From contig QPMI01000203.1 in the NCBI GenBank assembly GCA_004431415.1, positions 1 through 64,000 on the forward strand: 64,000 nt of DNA, in the 5' to 3' direction. The notes under the pieces were generated by a model, which was given only the letters and a program-made list of their open reading frames with translations, was not told the origin of the DNA and did no database searches. Positions within the stretch are counted from its first letter, which is position 1; every line of letters starts with the position of its first letter. Shown here one piece after another: positions 59,109 through 64,000 of the stretch. This stretch comes from Cyanophora paradoxa CCMP329 (taxonomy: Eukaryota; Plantae; Glaucophyta). The position numbers and the translations under genes were made by a program.

Positions 59109-62100
59109 TCATTGGGGCAGGTCGATGGAGTCGACGGCGCGGTCGTGCGGGTGCTCGATGTAGTGCAGCGCTGCGCCGGCGTCAGCGGGGTGGGGCGGGG
59201 CGGGGCGGCACGGGGCGCGCCGTTCGAGTAGGAGGGGTGCAGGCCGGCCTCGGCGCCGCGGGTGCGGAGGGTGTGGAGGGAGGGGTGGTCGAGGAGGGTG
59301 CGTGGCAGGGCGACGAACGAGTCGACGATCTCGATGCGTTCGCCCGGGGCCGGCAGCTGCCCGAGGTCCGCCCCTGCCATCGCGTTGAGGAGCTGCCGCA
59401 CCGCCGGCGGCGTCGGGCCGAGCCGCTGCCGGTACATATCCAGCGTCTGCTGGAGGCTGATCGCGAAGAACTGCCCCCGCCGCCCGTCAGCGCGCAGCCA
59501 GACCGGGACGCGGGGGGAGAGAGGCGGGGGCGGGAGGGCAGGAGAGCGGGCGGGAGGGCAGGAGAGCGGGCGGGGGGGGGGGGGGGGGGCCTTGAGGTCG
59601 TAGGACTCGGAGAGGAGGACCGGAGGCGCGAGGTGGCCGCGGACGACCTCGTCGGAGAGGGCGCCGGTGTGCGTGAGGACGCGGGCGCTGCTCGTCGAGA
59701 AGTTGACGATCTTGACGAGCGGCACGCGCGCCAGGTCCACCGTCAGCGACACCGGCTGCATGTACTGCCGCTCCCCCGAGGGGCCCACCAGGTACTGCGC
59801 CGGCGTCGACCGCAGGGCGCGAGCGGCGCGGGCGGGGAGGCGGCGGACCTTCTCGGCGACCTCGTAGAAGAGGAAGCGCTTCGAGGCGGGGTCCGAGTCT
59901 GCCCCGTACGACGGGCGCGCCCCGCCGGCCATCCGCCGCCGCAGCGGCTCCGAGAGCTTGACCGCGATCTGCGCCGGTGCGTCGGAGGGCGCGCGGCGCG
60001 GCTCGGCGGCAGGGCGCGGGGCACGTTGGCCGGCGAGAGGTCGCCGTGGCGGAAGGCGGCCGGCTTCCCGTCAAAGCTCGCGTTCTGCGCGCTATGCACC
60101 GCCACGATCACTGCCGCCGCGCATCGTCAGGCCCGGACAGCGCGGGGCAGCGAGCAGAGGGCGGAGCGGGCGGGCGCGCCCTGGCAGATGATGCCTGTGA
60201 GGATCTCGTCGAGCTCGGCCGAGTTGCCGCCCGTGTCGAGGGCCGCAAGGAACTTGAGGAGCGGCTTCTCCGTCGGCTCCGCCACCGTCACGACGCGCAC
60301 CCGCGACCTGTTCGTCTCCGAGAAGTCCCGCAGCGCGAAGTAGTCTGCCGCCCGTCAAGGGGGCCCAGCCGCCGCCGGCCCGGGGCGCGCACCGTAGACG
60401 CGCAGGAAGTTGGGCGAGGAGGTTTTGGCGAGGGAGCAGATGCGGTCGAGGGAGGCGGCGATGCGGGCGGCCCCGAAGTGCTCGCGCCGCAGCGGCAGCT
60501 CGAACTCGTAGCCGACCAGCTCGAACGGGACGCCCCGCCACTGGCCCTCGACGTACGGCCGCCCCGGTACTGCGGCGATCTGGCGCGTGTATGTGCTCAT
60601 GTTGTACTCGGGGTACTGCGGCCGCGCCGGGTCGTTCAGCATCGCCTCGCGCGCCGCCGTCAGCGAGATGTCGAGCTGCGCGGGACGCGTCGGCGCGCGG
60701 GCGGGGCGGGGCAGGCCGGGGCGGGGCGGACGTCGTCGAAGAAGGGGAACTGGTCGGCGTTCGGGACGGACTCGAGGGCCTCCTGGCGGCGCTTGACGAG
60801 CAGGGCGCCGATCTTGCGCTTGACCTCGTCGCTGTAGACGACGCTCTCCAGCCGCCGCGCGTCGTACAGGAAGAAGACAGCCCCCGTGTGCGGGTCCACG
60901 TCCAGCGCGTAGCCCCGCTCCAGCACGCGATCGCACCCCGCGAAGCGCCGCTCGAACGGGATGTTCACCAGCGGCGGCACGAAGACCTGTGGCCGGATCA
61001 GCGGGCGTGGACGGCAGGGCGCGGGGGGCGGGGCGCGGGGGGCGGGGCGGGGGCGCGCGTTGAAGGTGCGGTTGAGGTGCGGGACGTAGATGCTAGTGCG
61101 GAAGACCGCCTCGGCGCGCTCCTCGGGCCGGATCCGCTTCATCGAGGGGGCCAGCACCTTGACGGCCGCCCGCGGGGCCGGCGGCGCGCGCTCGGGGATG
61201 CGGCGGCGCAGGACGGCATAGATGAGGCAGCGGATCTGGTTGAGCAGGAGCACGAAGGTGACGATCGGGGGGATGAGGAGCACGGTGAGGAGGAGGCTGC
61301 CGCGTGGCGAGGCGTCGCCGCCGTTGAAGAGGGAGAGGAGGAGGCCGAGGAGGAGCAGCTGGGCGCCGCGGCGGAGCGCCTCGAGGGCGTTCTGGATGGA
61401 GTCGACGAAGGGCCAGGCGGCGAGCACGTAGAGGAGCATCGCCGCGTCCGCCAGGAAGAGCCCCGCCAGCTGCGCCCGCCCGCCCGTCGCCCCGTCCGAG
61501 AAGACGAAGATCCCGAGCACGAGGGCCCGCACAACCGCCTCCCAGCCCTCCACCACGGGGTACGCGAATGCCGCCGGGCTCTCCCGGAAGCGGTGCAGCA
61601 GCTCGCCGTAAGAGGAGAGGTAGCGGCCGCTCGGCTCGAGCCGCTCGGGGGCCACCCGCCACGGGCCCGTGACGGTGTGCAGGAGCAGCGGGGCGCCCGG
61701 CTGGGTGCCCTGGGCCTTGGGGGCGGCCGGCCCGTCGGAGAGGACGATGCCCTCGGCGAGGAGGCGCTGCTTCTCGACGGCGACCGTCTTGCGGCCCTGC
61801 TCCACGTCCCCTCCCAGCGCGATGCGAGCCCCCGCGGGGGCACCGCCGAAGCGGTAGCGCGGCACCGTGATGTCCGCCAGCCGCTGCCGCGGCCCGTCGT
61901 ACAGCGACTGCGGCCGCCGGAGTCAGCGCGAGGGGGGTCGCGGGGACGGGGCCAGGGCCGGGGCGGGCGGACGAGGAGGTGGACGAGAGCGGAGCGGAGC
62001 TTGACGGAAAGGAAGATAGTCCAGACGAGGGCGAGCACCGCCAGCGCCAGCCGCGCAATGATGCTGCACCGCCCTGTGAGCCCCCAGCCCGGCGAGGCGC

Positions 62101-64000
62101 AGCCGCCGGCGAGGGCGCGGGCACCTCTTAGCGTTGGGCTGCATCATCTGAATGTAGCTGCTGATGAGCAGGTGCCGGGCCGTCGTCGCCGTCTGCGCCC
62201 CCGACACCACGCGCCGGACCTCGTTCACTGGCGACCTCGGATGAGAGGAGCCGGCGCCGGGGCGTGCGGTGCGCGGGCGGGGTAGAGCGGGCGGACCGAG
62301 AAGGGCGGCGGCGAGGGCGACGCCGGGGAGGAAGTACTGGGCGAAGAGGATGGTGCGGGAGGGGAAGCCGACGGCGTCGTGGAGCTCGCGCTTGAGGGCG
62401 CGCTTGGCGAAGAGCCAGACGAGGGCGTGCAGCAGCGCCGCCCCCGCCCCGACGATGAGCACCAGCAGCACCGACGCCAGGTAGTTCCCCTCGTCCACCA
62501 CCGCACCCGCGCACACGTCCGCTGCGCCCCTGTCACGGCCCCGCAGATCGGCGCGCGGTGGCGGGCGAACCGATCGTGCGCTTCCCGTTGGTGACGCCGA
62601 GCGAGTCGTAGACGCGCTGGGAGAGCGGGAGCTGGCCAAGGGTCCAGCCTGCGCGCCGCGCGGGGTCAGCTGTCGGGTTGGGGCAGGGGCGGGGCGTCGG
62701 GGCGGGCGGACTGAGGCCGGAGGCGAGCTCAAGGAGGGCCGGGGGCAGGGCGAGGCCGCGAACGAAGACGAGAGAGGCGACGAGCTGCGCGTGCTGGAGG
62801 GCGCTGAACGCGAAGCCGTAGGGCCCCATGAGGGCCGCGATGAGCCAGCCGACCCCGCAGCCGAGCGCCACGAAGAGGGTCACCCACTTATCGGTGCGCC
62901 CCAGCGGGTTCCCCGACGAAACCGTCACGGGGACGGTCACCGAGGAGGAGAGGCCGGCCGCGTTCGTCGCCGTCGCCCGCAGCGAGTAGGTGCCGGGGTT
63001 TAGGCAGGACAGGGTCACGGTCTGCTCCGTGGCGCCCGCCATGCGCACGAGGGGCATGCCGTTCTCGAGCTGCTCCCAGGCGATCGCCGGCGGCGCCGAG
63101 TAGCCATTCGGGTCCTGCACGCTCGCCCGCACAACCACGCCTGACGCCGGCAGCTCCGCCGACACCGCGTCCGCGGCGATCACGGGGCCTGCCCGGGGCC
63201 CGCTCGTCCGGCGCGGGGCGCGGGGCGAGGGGCGGGGCGGGCGGCGCACTCCAGCTGGCAGTGACCTGGACGTCGGAGGAAACGGCGGCGCCAGCCTTGG
63301 CGGCGCTGACGGAGAAGAGGTAGACGCCGGGGGCGGGCAGGGCAGCCTCCACCGCGACGCCCTCGCCCCCGTTGCTCAGCGCAGCTGTCCCGGGGCCGCT
63401 CTTCTGCGTCCACGTGTCTGCCGCCCGCCCGCGTAAGCGGCGGGGCGCGCGAGCGCGGGGGCAAGCGGACAGGTGACGCTGCCGTCCTCGTCGGCGCCGG
63501 CGTTGGAGCGGGCCTGGAGGCGGACGCTCTTCGCGGCGGGCCAGGCGACGAGCATCGTCGAGCCGGCATCGACGGACTGGAGCGCCGTCGCCACCGCCGA
63601 GCGCTTCGCCATCGCTGGCGCCGCGTTCACCGTCACCAGAACCTCCGCCTCGCCCGTCGCCATCTGCCGCACAGGGTGTCGGGCGCGGATCGGGACCAGG
63701 GCGCGGCGCGGCGCCCGCACGTCGTTGTCGGTGACTTGGAGGGCGAAGCGGTAGCGGCCCTCGGCGAGGTTGGAGGCACGGGCGACGGGCGTGTCGGCCC
63801 CCGAGAGGCTCGCCTGCGTCGGGCCGGAGACCTGGCGCCACGCGTACGAGGCGACTCGGCCGTCGAGGTCGACGCCCTTGCCCTGCAGCTCCACAGCCGA
63901 GCCCTCCGGAAGGTCCACCTCCTGGTCCGCCCCAACCAGCGCCGCCGGGCCCACGTTGATGTGCAGCGACACTTGGTCTGCGCGCCACGAGCGACTCAGG
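59109..64000 (-). CDS. Large membrane protein: PKD (KIAA0319-like) repeats + TRP/Flc-like multipass region + C-terminal atypical kinase-like domain (5' part outside window)
   Basis: GADQEVDLPEGSAVELQG..YAWRQVSGP..GRYRFALQVTDND and two similar repeats; SALQHAQLVASL; YGELLHRFR..LAAWPFVDSIQNALE; SPNFLRVY|DYF, FRHGDLSPANV, VKIVNFSTS, SYDLK|FF; inferred TGA at 59109-59111. Confidence 0.72.

Noticed and set aside
1-64000. Prokaryotic origin, and tRNA/rRNA genes
   Set aside because: Spliceosomal introns and eukaryote-specific genes throughout; no tRNA or rRNA recognised by eye (tRNAscan-SE/Infernal not run).

Overview
Gene-dense eukaryotic nuclear DNA with many short (~45-95 nt) introns, a large share of them GC-AG. 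Plastid-type N-terminal extensions (DAHP synthase, RETICULATA-related) and axonemal/centriolar genes (CCDC40, CCDC13) point to a flagellated alga; a glaucophyte such as Cyanophora is plausible but is only an inference. Host genes: MSH6-like (partial), a bacterial-type SWIM-SNF2 ATPase with AT-hooks, WS/DGAT, PRA1-like, CDK7/CDKD, a coiled-coil protein, EMC4, RETICULATA-related, mitochondrial phosphate carrier, CCDC40, SMU1, NAXD, SEC11, class II DAHP synthase, a small Cys/His protein, CCDC13, and a partial PKD-repeat/multipass membrane/kinase-like protein. Accessory DNA: a 14-kb defective Ty3/gypsy-type element with identical 283-bp LTRs, stem-loop arrays in both UTRs and large unassigned polyprotein regions; two dispersed non-autonomous repeat families; a TIR-bounded 1.56-kb unit; and several intron-containing gene-fragment duplicates. 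The most striking signal is a stereotyped 6-nt insertion in neutral DNA that turns a trinucleotide X into X-revcomp(X)-X. It can be polarised against intact paralogues and conserved pol motifs, and iterates into palindrome-saturated intergenic tracts. Exon boundaries were read by eye and gene starts are approximate where stated.
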